From Bdellovibrionales bacterium (GTDB lineage Bacteria; Bdellovibrionota; Bdellovibrionia; Bdellovibrionales; UBA1609): a stretch of 64,000 bases of DNA. The translations under genes and the position numbers were made by a program. The notes beneath the pieces were generated by a model. The model saw only the letters and a program-made list of their open reading frames with translations, ran no database searches and was not told the DNA's origin. Shown here piece by piece: positions 10,601 to 19,824 of this stretch. Position 1 is the stretch's first letter, and every line of letters begins with the position of its first letter. Location: positions 120,863 to 184,862 of the forward strand of contig OZ242172.1 of the NCBI GenBank assembly GCA_965205645.1, written 5' to 3'.

Positions 10601-10765
10601 TGGAATTTATTTGGATGCTAGTGAAAAGCTATTGCTCCTTCATGGCTCCTGCCAGACTTAAGTTCTGTTCATTATATCCGGCGTATGTCTTTATTAATGT
10701 ATATGTCGGGTATCTCTTACAGGCACTTAAGCGATTATAATAATATTGGAAACAATACTAGATGA
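10601..10765 (-). repeat. degenerate second copy of the clpP 5' UTR/promoter region (original about 12556-12720)
   Basis: Collinear anchors are shared with 12556-12720: AAGGAG RBS, 'agacttaagtt', 'atgtcttta', 'atatgtcgggt', 'cacttaag', 'ggaa.aaatacta.atgaaa'. Confidence 0.65.
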
Positions 10766-10769
10766 AATA

Positions 10770-11723
10770 TTAAAAAATGAACCTCACATGTTTATCCTGT
10801 TCCATAAAATCCTTCAATATTTTATGGATATCCTTTGTCATATCAGAATATTTATAATGTTCAAAACAGGAACTTTTTGACTGGAAATTTTTACATTGCA
10901 TGGTTTCTACTCTACGTTCACGTGCGTATTCCAAAATATATATCTTATCGGATATTAAATCAGCCATAGAACGACAACTGGATTTTAGTGTTTGATAGCT
11001 TACGTAATTCGCACTAGGAAAGAAGTCTGTTCGCTCATAAAATGTTAACTGGTCTACACAACTTTTAGCTGCTTTATTAATAGCGCTTAGAACAGTTGAT
11101 ATTTCCTGCTGCTGAGCAACGGAGGCGTCAATCATGCTATCCATAAACAAGTAAGTATATCTTACAAAGTAAAGCATAGGCAAATTGACAAATACAGAAA
11201 CACTTATGTCACTTTGAGGAATTTTTTCATCCATGATAGATGGATTTTTAAGAGTAAATTGAATGAGCTGAGCGGCATTTTCATAATACACAATAGCTTC
11301 ATTAAAATTAACAAAATATATAGATTCCTGAAGGGAATTATATAAGATATTTTGAGACGTATCTAAAGTTTTATTTGTCAAATAATACACTCCCATCCAA
11401 TAATTAGCTGGAATGTAACCTAAATGGGCGGCTTTTTTGATATACTGAATACCTTCCAAATCTATTTCTCTTCCAATAAAAAAATCAATTTCTTCATTAA
11501 GAGATCTAATAAATTCTTGTACCAAATTGGATTCTTCTTGCTCTTTTGCCTTCTGATCACATAGATAGCGAAGCCCTAAATAATAATACTGTTCAGCCGT
11601 CATATTTTCCGTTTCTCTTAAAGGAGCATTTGCAGCTCCTAAACAGTCTATATCAACATCTATCTTCGCATAGACAAACAAAGGGCTTACGATTCCTATC
11701 AGAAATATTAAAAATGATTTCAT
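10770..11723 (-). CDS. secreted Sel1-like repeat protein (paralog of 27464-28522)
   Basis: Likely start is Met25 (ATG at 11723), giving the signal peptide 'MKSFLIFLIGIVSPLFVYA'. Sel1-like 'IKKAAHLGYIPANYWMGVYYL' and 'FNEAIVYYENAAQL'. Collinear similarity to the 352-aa ORF at 27464-28522. Confidence 0.6.
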   Translation of the reverse strand: MKSFLIFLIGIVSPLFVYAKIDVDIDCLGAANAPLRETENMTAEQYYYLGLRYLCDQKAKEQEESNLVQEFIRSLNEEIDFFIGREIDLEGIQYIKKAAHLGYIPANYWMGVYYLTNKTLDTSQNILYNSLQESIYFVNFNEAIVYYENAAQLIQFTLKNPSIMDEKIPQSDISVSVFVNLPMLYFVRYTYLFMDSMIDASVAQQQEISTVLSAINKAAKSCVDQLTFYERTDFFPSANYVSYQTLKSSCRSMADLISDKIYILEYARERRVETMQCKNFQSKSSCFEHYKYSDMTKDIHKILKDFMEQDKHVRFIF

Positions 11724-11804
11724 ACAATGGATCCTTAACAATAAATTAAGGAAAATATTACTGTCTGCAAATTTATCCGTCAATGATAAGAACAAAATAA
11801 AACT

Positions 11805-11949
11805 ACACTAAGTAAAAATTACACAGCGATTCATTGATCATTTTGAAATAATCCTTATTGAATAAATAACTTTTTATTTTGTCACAAAACCGGAGAATAA
11901 AAAATGTGGATGAATTATGAGATATAATCCGATGATTTATGTTTTGTTT
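11805..11949 (-). pseudogene. clpX: probable decayed clpX 5' fragment downstream of the intact clpP
   Basis: Two collinear anchors match the real clpX 5' end. 'gttttgtgacaaaataaaaagtt' matches 'tttttgtcaaaaaaataaaaaagaagtt', and 'aatgaatcgctgtgtaattt' matches 'aatgaatgtgttaattt'. Spacing is 55 vs 64 nt. The relic contains stops. Confidence 0.4.
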
Positions 11950-12555
11950 TTACACATTGACTTTTTTCCGACTGGATACAATATGATCCACTAAGCGAAA
12001 ATTTAAAGCTTCCTTAGCGCTCATGTAACAATCCCGATCCATTGCTTCTGTAAGTTCTTTTTCTTTTTTACCCGTATGTTTCGCATAAATTTCCGCCATT
12101 TTTTTCTTTGTCAGTGACATCTCCCGAGCTTGTATTTCAATATCACTCACTTGTCCGGATAACCCCTCTCCTGCAACATGCGGCTGATGAATCATCACTC
12201 GTGCGTGAGGTAAGATATATCTTTTACCAGGTGCTCCGGAAGCTAGTAACAGAGAACCCATACTGGCAGCTAGTCCAATACAATAAGTTCTCACATCACA
12301 CTTAATAAACTGCATAATATCATATAGTGCGATTCCCGCTGTCACACTACCCCCTGGAGAATTAACATAAAGATGAATATCCTTTTCTGGATTATCCATT
12401 TCCAAAAAGAAAATTTGCGCGATGATGCTGTTAATCACCTCATTAGTCACTGCCGTGCCCAGCATAATGATACGATCTTTCAACAGCCGCGAATAAATAT
12501 CGTAACTTCTTTCCCCTTTCGGGGTTTGTTCAATCACAATAGGAACGAGGACCAA
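11950..12555 (-). CDS. clpP: ATP-dependent Clp protease proteolytic subunit ClpP
   Basis: 'VPIVIEQT..GERSYDIYSRLL', 'NSPGGSVTAG', Ser in 'AASMGS', His in 'MIHQP'. TTG start 6 nt after AAGGAG. Confidence 0.95.
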   Translation of the reverse strand: MVLVPIVIEQTPKGERSYDIYSRLLKDRIIMLGTAVTNEVINSIIAQIFFLEMDNPEKDIHLYVNSPGGSVTAGIALYDIMQFIKCDVRTYCIGLAASMGSLLLASGAPGKRYILPHARVMIHQPHVAGEGLSGQVSDIEIQAREMSLTKKKMAEIYAKHTGKKEKELTEAMDRDCYMSAKEALNFRLVDHIVSSRKKVNV

Positions 12556-12812
12556 AATAAACTCCTTATTTAACTGATTAGACTTAAGTTTTATTTACTA
12601 TATTATCTTGATGTCTTTAACACTATATGTCGGGTGTCTTGTGTATTCACTTAAGCCCTTATTTGGAATAAATACTAAATGAAAAACTTAGGATAAAGGT
12701 TTGTCCGCTCATTGAAAATATGTTACACATCATCCACTGATCAAAACAGTGAGTTTTAAGCGATTACTACATATAAAAACATAACTAATCACTTAACAAG
12801 GAGTACAGAATA

Positions 12813-14303
12813 GTGAAATTAACTATTTCCAGTTCGACAGATGGCCATCCAGCTTGCCAAATCGTCTTTGCATCTAAAAAAGGAGCAACAGACCTGAAGT
12901 CCGTTCCAGCACTCGCCCGCTTAGTCACACAACTAAATCAACAAAAAATATTCACTGGCCGATTAGAGGAAGCTTTATTTATTCCTTGTGGAGGATTAGG
13001 AAAAGCTAAACATTTACTCTTGATTGGCTTAGGCGATCCAGGAAAAGTTAATCCTGAAGTGATTCGCGCTGCCTGTAGCAAAGCGATTCGGAAGTTAGAA
13101 ATACATCAACAAGAATCAGCGAGCTTGGATTTTTCATTGCTTCTTCCTTTTATTAAGAACTCACAAAATCTAGCATCAACGATTAGTGAAGGATGTCTTT
13201 TAGCAGCTTATCACTTTACTAAGAAGCAGAAAAAAAACAAAAATACTGGAAGCGTCAAGCAGATCACTCTTCTTCGCACAAAAGATAATGTAGCTATTAA
13301 AAAAGGGCTGGCACAAGGATCCGCTGTCGCTGAAGGAGTTAATTTTGCACGTTGGCTGGCCGATCACCCGCCTAATCTAATGACTCCCACTATATTAGCA
13401 ACAGAAACACAAAAAAAATGTGAGAAAATAAACGGGTTAGAAATCACTGTATGGAATAAGGCGCGCATTACAAAAGAAAGAATGGGTGGAATCTTAGGCG
13501 TGTCAGCGGGTAGCAATCAAGAACCACGAGTAATGATTATGAAATATCAACCGACGGGTGCAAAAGGAAAACCAATTTGTTTTGTCGGTAAAGGACTCAC
13601 TTTTGATTCTGGCGGAATCAGTCTTAAGCCAGCGAAAAATATGGATGAGATGAAATTTGATATGTGTGGAGGAACGGCAGTGATCGGAGCGTTGCTGACT
13701 ATTGCACGTTTAAAACTCAATGTGCCGGTTTTAGGCTTAGTGGGAGCTTCAGAAAATATGCCGGGTGAAGGGGCAACAAAGCCGGGAGATATTTTAACCG
13801 CTCGCAATGGAACAACAATGGAAGTGTTAAACACAGACGCAGAAGGACGGTTGGTATTGGCAGACATTTTATCTTATGCTAGCGAACAAAAACCAGAATG
13901 GATTATAGATGCCGCCACTTTAACCGGGGCTATTGTAGCTGCCTTAAGTAATATTTATACCGGCTTATTTACTCGCCACCTAAGTCTTAGAGATCAAATT
14001 CAAAAAGCAGGTGAAAATGTAGGAGAAAAAATCTGGGCAATGCCGTTAGATGATTTTCATGTAAAGGACATTCAAAGTACAATAGGAGACGTCGCCAATA
14101 TATCATCTGTTTCCGGTGGAGGCAGCTCTACCGCTGCTGCATTTTTAGAGCATTTTGTGGACAAACATATCCCGTGGGCACATTTGGATATTGCCGGTAC
14201 CGCTTGGAATGTATCTAATCGTCTAGCTTACTGTCGGCCTAAGTCGGCATCCGGAGTCATGGTGAGAACTTTTGTTGAACTTGCCCGCACACATATCCGA
14301 TGA
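12813..14303 (+). CDS. pepA: leucyl aminopeptidase (M17)
   Basis: 'VGKGLTFDSGG', 'NTDAEGRLVLAD', 'DIAGTAW'. GTG start. Confidence 0.9.
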   Translation: MKLTISSSTDGHPACQIVFASKKGATDLKSVPALARLVTQLNQQKIFTGRLEEALFIPCGGLGKAKHLLLIGLGDPGKVNPEVIRAACSKAIRKLEIHQQESASLDFSLLLPFIKNSQNLASTISEGCLLAAYHFTKKQKKNKNTGSVKQITLLRTKDNVAIKKGLAQGSAVAEGVNFARWLADHPPNLMTPTILATETQKKCEKINGLEITVWNKARITKERMGGILGVSAGSNQEPRVMIMKYQPTGAKGKPICFVGKGLTFDSGGISLKPAKNMDEMKFDMCGGTAVIGALLTIARLKLNVPVLGLVGASENMPGEGATKPGDILTARNGTTMEVLNTDAEGRLVLADILSYASEQKPEWIIDAATLTGAIVAALSNIYTGLFTRHLSLRDQIQKAGENVGEKIWAMPLDDFHVKDIQSTIGDVANISSVSGGGSSTAAAFLEHFVDKHIPWAHLDIAGTAWNVSNRLAYCRPKSASGVMVRTFVELARTHIR

Positions 14304-14310
14304 TTCTAGC

Positions 14311-15024
14311 ATGACGTATAAAAAATTTTTCAAAGATAAACGGCTATGGATAAGCTTGTTGTCTCTATGCACATTTTTAGTGGGTTACCAGATTGCTGAA
14401 AAATCATGGGATAAAGAAATCTTTATTTACTTAAACCCTGCTAGCGCCACAACAGCATCTGTTAGAAATATAGCTAGCTTACAAAGTTCATCCATTAAAC
14501 TACCTTCTTCTTTAATATTAAAAGAAGGAGCTCTTAAGAAAGAAAGTCAGAAAGATTTTGTCCATGCCTCCTACGTGAAGCATCAAGGACCAATGATTCA
14601 TTTATATTTAAGTCGATTTATTACACCCACAAAAGACGGAGGATACACACCTCCCTGCCAACAGTATCAAACAATTGATATTATATTTACCGCGCACCGT
14701 GAATTTATTCACGGACATGAACCGAAAATGAATTTAAAAACACCGTGTATTGTTAATACAGAAAATCCCGCTCTCTTAGGACCCTTTGCTATTCCTAAAC
14801 ATCGTATTCTTACGTCCCCCATCCGGCGACAAGTGTTCCACTCTCCTTTAGTGCAACCACATGAGGGCAAAGCAACGTTATTATTTAGCCATCTAGGATT
14901 ATCCTGGCCCACTGAATGGATTCTCACACAGCTAAGATTTAGTAACAAAAATGATAAGAAGGACCTATCTATTTATTTTTCTTCCGACCGACCGGAAGAT
15001 TATCTCACACTCCATTTAAAATAG
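14311..15024 (+). CDS. hypothetical membrane-anchored protein
   Basis: Start taken at Met14 (ATG 14311), giving 'MTYKKFFKDKRLWISLLSLCTFLVGYQI' with one N-terminal TM. No recognisable domain. Confidence 0.45.
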   Translation: MTYKKFFKDKRLWISLLSLCTFLVGYQIAEKSWDKEIFIYLNPASATTASVRNIASLQSSSIKLPSSLILKEGALKKESQKDFVHASYVKHQGPMIHLYLSRFITPTKDGGYTPPCQQYQTIDIIFTAHREFIHGHEPKMNLKTPCIVNTENPALLGPFAIPKHRILTSPIRRQVFHSPLVQPHEGKATLLFSHLGLSWPTEWILTQLRFSNKNDKKDLSIYFSSDRPEDYLTLHLK

Positions 15025-15095
15025 CCCCCTCAAAGGGAGAGTGACTTCGCCGCGATTCCTTGCATGCATGTCACAACTTTGCAAATTACTTGAAT
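15025..15095. repeat. dispersed repeat unit U1 (intergenic copy)
   Basis: 'ccccctcaaagggagagtgacTTCGCCGCGATTCCTTGCATGCATGTCACAACTTTGCAAATTACTTGAA' shares its core with units at 25146, 44446 and 44503. It starts right after the stop codon at 15022-15024. Confidence 0.7.
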
Positions 15096-15115
15096 CTCTC
15101 TATTAAATTAAAAAA

Positions 15116-16348
15116 TCAAACGGAAGATAAATGTTGTGTTTCATAGGCTAAAGCTAAAACACCCAAATAAGCCACCCATCCATACACATTTTCCATAGGA
15201 TTACCTTCCACTTCAATCTCTAAATCAGAAACGCAAAGTGTGCGATACACTGCCCCCGGACTGTTTAAATTATCTTTCGTCCCTTTATCCTTATGCGTGC
15301 GCAAAAAACCACCCACAAGATCACCACCAATTAAATAAATCACCGGTTCTGACACTGAACCTTTTGTTTTTAAATGAGAACTAATCCCCTCTTGAATAAT
15401 TAATTCCGTCACTTGTGCTCCACCTTTAGCTGCTTTCATTTTCTTCTTAATTTTATAATTCCAATGATCAATATCTTCAGAAGAATGAATAGTTGTCATC
15501 CCCAAACCATAGGTACCAGAATTGTTTTTTAAAAACACAAAAGGTTTTTGCCCTAATTGCTGATACTCCGGTTGTAATTTTTTTAAAAAAATATCTACTT
15601 GCTCTTTTAAGCGTTTTAAACACAATGAATCATGGACATTGAACTCCGTAAACCTCTGTGTCTGAATGGTTAAAGCGCTGGAATGAATATGTATTAACTC
15701 AGCAAATTCAACAGCTAATTTATTATATGTATGAAAAAAAGTATGTTTTTTTCGATTCTGCCAACCGGTGACAGGAGGAGGAATAACCGGCACGGAAAAT
15801 TGTAGATCATAATTAGTTGAAAAATCATTATTACTAATCACCAGATCTGCACTATCCATTTTATTCTTTAAAAGAGATACCTTCAGCGTGCGACCAGATG
15901 CTGTAGCCAATATCCGATCCTTTAAAATAATCTCACCTGGGACACACACTTCTACCTTTGGTGCAGAGAATTGTTTAGTGGAATGCATTTTCCGCAGACC
16001 GTTTTGAATGAGTGTTTTTAACGTATACACATTATCCCAATAAAAAGGATTATGTGTGTGTTCTTCCGCCAATAAAATAACATTTGCCGCTGCCGGATAA
16101 TATGTTTTTAAATAACGATATATGAATTCCGGTGCAGCTTCCCGATCCACTTCACAAATATTATTGAATCCGGCTGGAAATAAATTAGCATCTACCGGTG
16201 TGATTTTACGTGCAGAATCCCGTAAATCAAAACTAGAATAAAAAGGGAATAATAAGCCACTCGTTTTTTGATGAAACCAATTAAGCGCAGAATCATAATA
16301 TTTCACAATATTATGATGAATAGTATCTTTTATCACTTGCTCTGGCAT
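15116..16348 (-). CDS. probable glutamate--cysteine ligase (small GshA type of the Acidithiobacillus ferrooxidans family)
   Basis: The N-terminal 'FDLRDSARKITPVDANLFPAGFNN' resembles what I recall of that GshA family. About 410 aa. The call rests on memory of the family pattern only. Confidence 0.5.
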   Translation of the reverse strand: MPEQVIKDTIHHNIVKYYDSALNWFHQKTSGLLFPFYSSFDLRDSARKITPVDANLFPAGFNNICEVDREAAPEFIYRYLKTYYPAAANVILLAEEHTHNPFYWDNVYTLKTLIQNGLRKMHSTKQFSAPKVEVCVPGEIILKDRILATASGRTLKVSLLKNKMDSADLVISNNDFSTNYDLQFSVPVIPPPVTGWQNRKKHTFFHTYNKLAVEFAELIHIHSSALTIQTQRFTEFNVHDSLCLKRLKEQVDIFLKKLQPEYQQLGQKPFVFLKNNSGTYGLGMTTIHSSEDIDHWNYKIKKKMKAAKGGAQVTELIIQEGISSHLKTKGSVSEPVIYLIGGDLVGGFLRTHKDKGTKDNLNSPGAVYRTLCVSDLEIEVEGNPMENVYGWVAYLGVLALAYETQHLSSV

Positions 16349-16350
16349 TG

Positions 16351-17298
16351 TCAGCTTTTTAGGTTATTTGTATTCATCATCTGATACGTTCTTTTATTAA
16401 GTGTTTTATAAATAATTCGCAGTTTCTTATTTTTCCCATGCTGAGCAATACGTTTTAAATGATTTAATAAACGATAAACCGATTCTGCATATAAAGACTT
16501 ATCTTTCTCTTTTTTTATCTGACCCCATATTTTACGATAGAGTTCACCAAGTTGTCTCTCCGCATGGATAGACCATTCACCGGATTCTAGTAACATAGAT
16601 TGAGTTAGATAAAATTGATAATGAATAGCTACTTTTAAAAAAGTTTTTAGCTGAATTTTATCCGGGTGAATATGGGATTCACCCATTAAATATAAATAAC
16701 GAGCAAAATTTTGCTCTATGACAGAATGAACCGGAGAGGTGCTTCTTATTTTTTCCATATTTTGGTGCACTTGCTTGTGAATATCTAGCCCCATTTGTTC
16801 TTCTCCTACGCGAATATACGCTAATGCTAAACGAGCAGGATATTCAATAAGACGTTTTTCTTCCGAAAGTAAATAAAGATGTGGATGAGCAGCTTTTAAA
16901 ACCTCTAAAGTCTTATCTGCATCTCCCAAACATTCGTAAATATAACTTAATAGCAAATAACTATGCGCTTTAACCCGAGCGTGCTCTTGTTGAATCAATT
17001 GATGATATAAGGTTTTTGCTTTATTACATTCTCCTAACTTTTTATGTAAGCCCGCTAAATTATATAAAGAGGCCCATTGTAATTCGTGCCCTTCATATCG
17101 TTTAGCTAACTTTTCAAAAACAGTTCTGGCATGATCATAACGTCCTTCTGTCATATCGGTGAAAGCTTTCTCAAATTGCGCTAGATCTTTAGAATTTACG
17201 TCACCATGATCGGAAGAATGGGGGCGGTTTTGCTGCATAAAAACGCAAGATGATAGCCCTAAAAATAAAACAACGATTCTTTTTTTCATCTTATTCAT
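16351..17298 (-). CDS. TPR-repeat lipoprotein
   Basis: Lipobox 'LFLGLSSC'. TPR-like repeats ('YDHARTVFEKLAKRY', 'WASLYNLAGLHKKLGECNKAKTLY'). Its 5' end overlaps the 3' end of lysS by 4 nt (17295-17298). Confidence 0.6.
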   Translation of the reverse strand: MNKMKKRIVVLFLGLSSCVFMQQNRPHSSDHGDVNSKDLAQFEKAFTDMTEGRYDHARTVFEKLAKRYEGHELQWASLYNLAGLHKKLGECNKAKTLYHQLIQQEHARVKAHSYLLLSYIYECLGDADKTLEVLKAAHPHLYLLSEEKRLIEYPARLALAYIRVGEEQMGLDIHKQVHQNMEKIRSTSPVHSVIEQNFARYLYLMGESHIHPDKIQLKTFLKVAIHYQFYLTQSMLLESGEWSIHAERQLGELYRKIWGQIKKEKDKSLYAESVYRLLNHLKRIAQHGKNKKLRIIYKTLNKRTYQMMNTNNLKS

Positions 17299-18812
17299 AT
17301 ATTTGTAGGAGTGAGCTTAAACGGAGGAAATAAAATAATATCTTTTAAAGAAACCTGATCGGTGAGAATGAGCACTAATCGCTCCACACCGAGACCCACC
17401 CCTCCTGTTGGAGGCATTCCCACATTCATTGCCTGGATAAATTCTTCATCCATTGGATGAGTGATTCCACCTTTGATTCTTTGTTCTTCCTGCTCTTTTA
17501 ATCTTTGCTTTTGTTCCACCGGATCATTCAACTCTGTATAAGCATTGCCTAACTCCAGACCGGCAATAAAAGGTTCAAAACGTTCCACCAATCCTTTGTG
17601 TTGCCGATGCTCTTTCGTTAGTGGAGACACATCCTTTGGGTAATCTGTAATAAATACCGGCTGCCATAAATGTTTTTCTACAGCTAATGCAAAAATTTCC
17701 ATAATCAAATTTCCCCTGGAACTATCTACATTTAAAACAGTCGACGCCTGCGTGGAATGATCTGCGTTTTTCATTAAAGATTGCACTTTGTTTAATAGTT
17801 CCTTCTGAGTTTTTTGCTGAACGGAGAAATTAGCATATTTTTGGATTCCCTCTTGCACACTCAGTCTTTCCCAAGGAGGAGTAAAATCCAAAGCACGTCC
17901 CTGATAAGAAATATTCAATTGACCTTTTATTTTTTTAACAACATGACAAACAAGCTCTTCAAATTGCTGCATTTGATATTGATAATCCGTGTAAGCTTCG
18001 TAATATTCCAGCATTGTAAATTCCGGACTATGTAGACGATCACTACCTTCATTTCTAAAATTTTTTCCTAACTCATACACTTTATCAAAACCACCTACGA
18101 TTAAACGTTTTAAGTATAGTTCTGGAGAAATTTTTAAATAAAGCGAACAGTCCAAAGCACGATGATGAGTGGAAAAAGGTTCTGCCATTGCTCCACCATA
18201 TAGTGGTTGCAATACAGGAGTTTCTACTTCCACAAAATTTCTATTGTTTAAAAAATAACGAATTTCTTCAATAATCTTAGAACGTATTAAAAAAATTTTT
18301 TTAGATTCCGGATTCATGATTAGCTGCAAATAGCGGCGCCGGTATTGCAATTGCTTATCTTCCAAGCCATGATATTTTTCTGGTAGTGGATCAACCGTCT
18401 TACATAAAATTTGAAAATGTGCACAGCGAACGGTTAACTCTCCTTTTTTCGTACGAAACATTCGCCCTTTAATACCAACGATATCCCCAATATCCACAAA
18501 CGAAAAAAACTGGCGAGAAACGTCATCTAATTCTCCCATTTTGATATAACATTGAAACAAACCTTCCGAATCTTGCACATTAAAAAAAGCCGCCTTTCCC
18601 ATGCTACGCATTCGCATCAAACGTCCGGCGGTAATAATTAATTGATCGGATGATTCTCCATCTGTTAAGTGCGAATATTGTTGCTGAATGTGCGAACTTA
18701 AATGTGTACGTTTAAACTGATGAGGATAAGGGTTTAATCCATTCGCCAGCAACTCTGAACGTTTTCTTTTTTTTTCTTCTGTTAAAACATTGTCTTTTAA
18801 ATGATCTGTCAT
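17295..18812 (-). CDS. lysS: lysine--tRNA ligase, class II
   Basis: OB-fold N-domain, 'GKNFRNEG', 'EPFIAGLELGNAYTELNDP', 'GGVGLGVERL'. Confidence 0.95.
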   Translation of the reverse strand: MTDHLKDNVLTEEKKRKRSELLANGLNPYPHQFKRTHLSSHIQQQYSHLTDGESSDQLIITAGRLMRMRSMGKAAFFNVQDSEGLFQCYIKMGELDDVSRQFFSFVDIGDIVGIKGRMFRTKKGELTVRCAHFQILCKTVDPLPEKYHGLEDKQLQYRRRYLQLIMNPESKKIFLIRSKIIEEIRYFLNNRNFVEVETPVLQPLYGGAMAEPFSTHHRALDCSLYLKISPELYLKRLIVGGFDKVYELGKNFRNEGSDRLHSPEFTMLEYYEAYTDYQYQMQQFEELVCHVVKKIKGQLNISYQGRALDFTPPWERLSVQEGIQKYANFSVQQKTQKELLNKVQSLMKNADHSTQASTVLNVDSSRGNLIMEIFALAVEKHLWQPVFITDYPKDVSPLTKEHRQHKGLVERFEPFIAGLELGNAYTELNDPVEQKQRLKEQEEQRIKGGITHPMDEEFIQAMNVGMPPTGGVGLGVERLVLILTDQVSLKDIILFPPFKLTPTNI

Positions 18813-19732
18813 TTTTGATTTTTATAAATATCCATTATTTCTTTTAACAAACAACAAGCATCTGAAAAAGAACGTTTAAAAGCATTACGTCCCACAATAC
18901 TGCCAAACGATCCTCCTTGAGACAGCTCCTTAATTTCTTGAATAAAAGCTGTTTTACCTTTAGCTGGACCTCCACTGAAGATCACAATTCTTTTTCCTTG
19001 AAAAGCAGATTGAATAACCAATCGCACCCGATCGGAAAGTTTTTTTATAGGAATATTCTCTTTTGTAAAAAGAGCTTTTACGTCTGAGTTTTCTATCCAG
19101 TCTGCAGGGGGCTTAACTTTGATAATATGTGCTCCCAATTGAGCGGCGATATGAGCTGCATAGGATACAATATCCACAGCCGTCTCTCCTTGCTTAGAAA
19201 CACCACGCCCACGAGGATATGCCCAAATGACAACAACCAAGCCATATTTTCTAGCCTGACTGGCAATTTTAGCTACCTGTTCATACATTTGATTCGCACA
19301 GTCACTGCCAGGATAAATAGTAAATCCAATGGCGCTACAACCTAGCGATAAAGCATCTTCCACACAAGAAGTTAAAGCGGGTAAAGGTGCCGCCTCATTT
19401 TTATAAAACTGAGAAGAATTATTTATTTTTAAAATCAATGGGATTTCACCAGCAAATTCCATGGCACCCGCTTGTAGAAAACCTAAAGGAGCGGCATAAG
19501 CGCTACAACCTGACTCACAAGCCAGCTTAAAATGATAAAGTGGATCGTATGCAGCCGGCCGGCCGGCAAAACTTATGAGTGGACCGTGTTCAAACCCTTG
19601 ATCCACCGGTAAAATCACTATCTTGCCTGTACCTTTCAAATAACCATGGCGTAAAATCCGCGCTAAATTACTAATAACGCCTGGAGTTTCCGCAGAATAA
19701 AAACGAAGTATTTTTTGTACTGAATTTGTCAT
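18809..19732 (-). CDS. fbaB: class I fructose-bisphosphate aldolase, FbaB/DhnA family
   Basis: 'IVILPVDQGFEHGP', 'VIWAYPRG', 'IIKVK', 'GRNAFK' parallel E. coli FbaB. An ADH-synthase-type activity of the same family cannot be excluded from sequence alone. Confidence 0.75.
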   Translation of the reverse strand: MTNSVQKILRFYSAETPGVISNLARILRHGYLKGTGKIVILPVDQGFEHGPLISFAGRPAAYDPLYHFKLACESGCSAYAAPLGFLQAGAMEFAGEIPLILKINNSSQFYKNEAAPLPALTSCVEDALSLGCSAIGFTIYPGSDCANQMYEQVAKIASQARKYGLVVVIWAYPRGRGVSKQGETAVDIVSYAAHIAAQLGAHIIKVKPPADWIENSDVKALFTKENIPIKKLSDRVRLVIQSAFQGKRIVIFSGGPAKGKTAFIQEIKELSQGGSFGSIVGRNAFKRSFSDACCLLKEIMDIYKNQK

Positions 19733-19824
19733 AAAGATAATTTAATAATTTATCTTCATTTCCTTATCAAATCAAATAAAAACCGTTTGAAAAAACACAC
19801 TTAAGAAGGTTATACTTAATCGCA

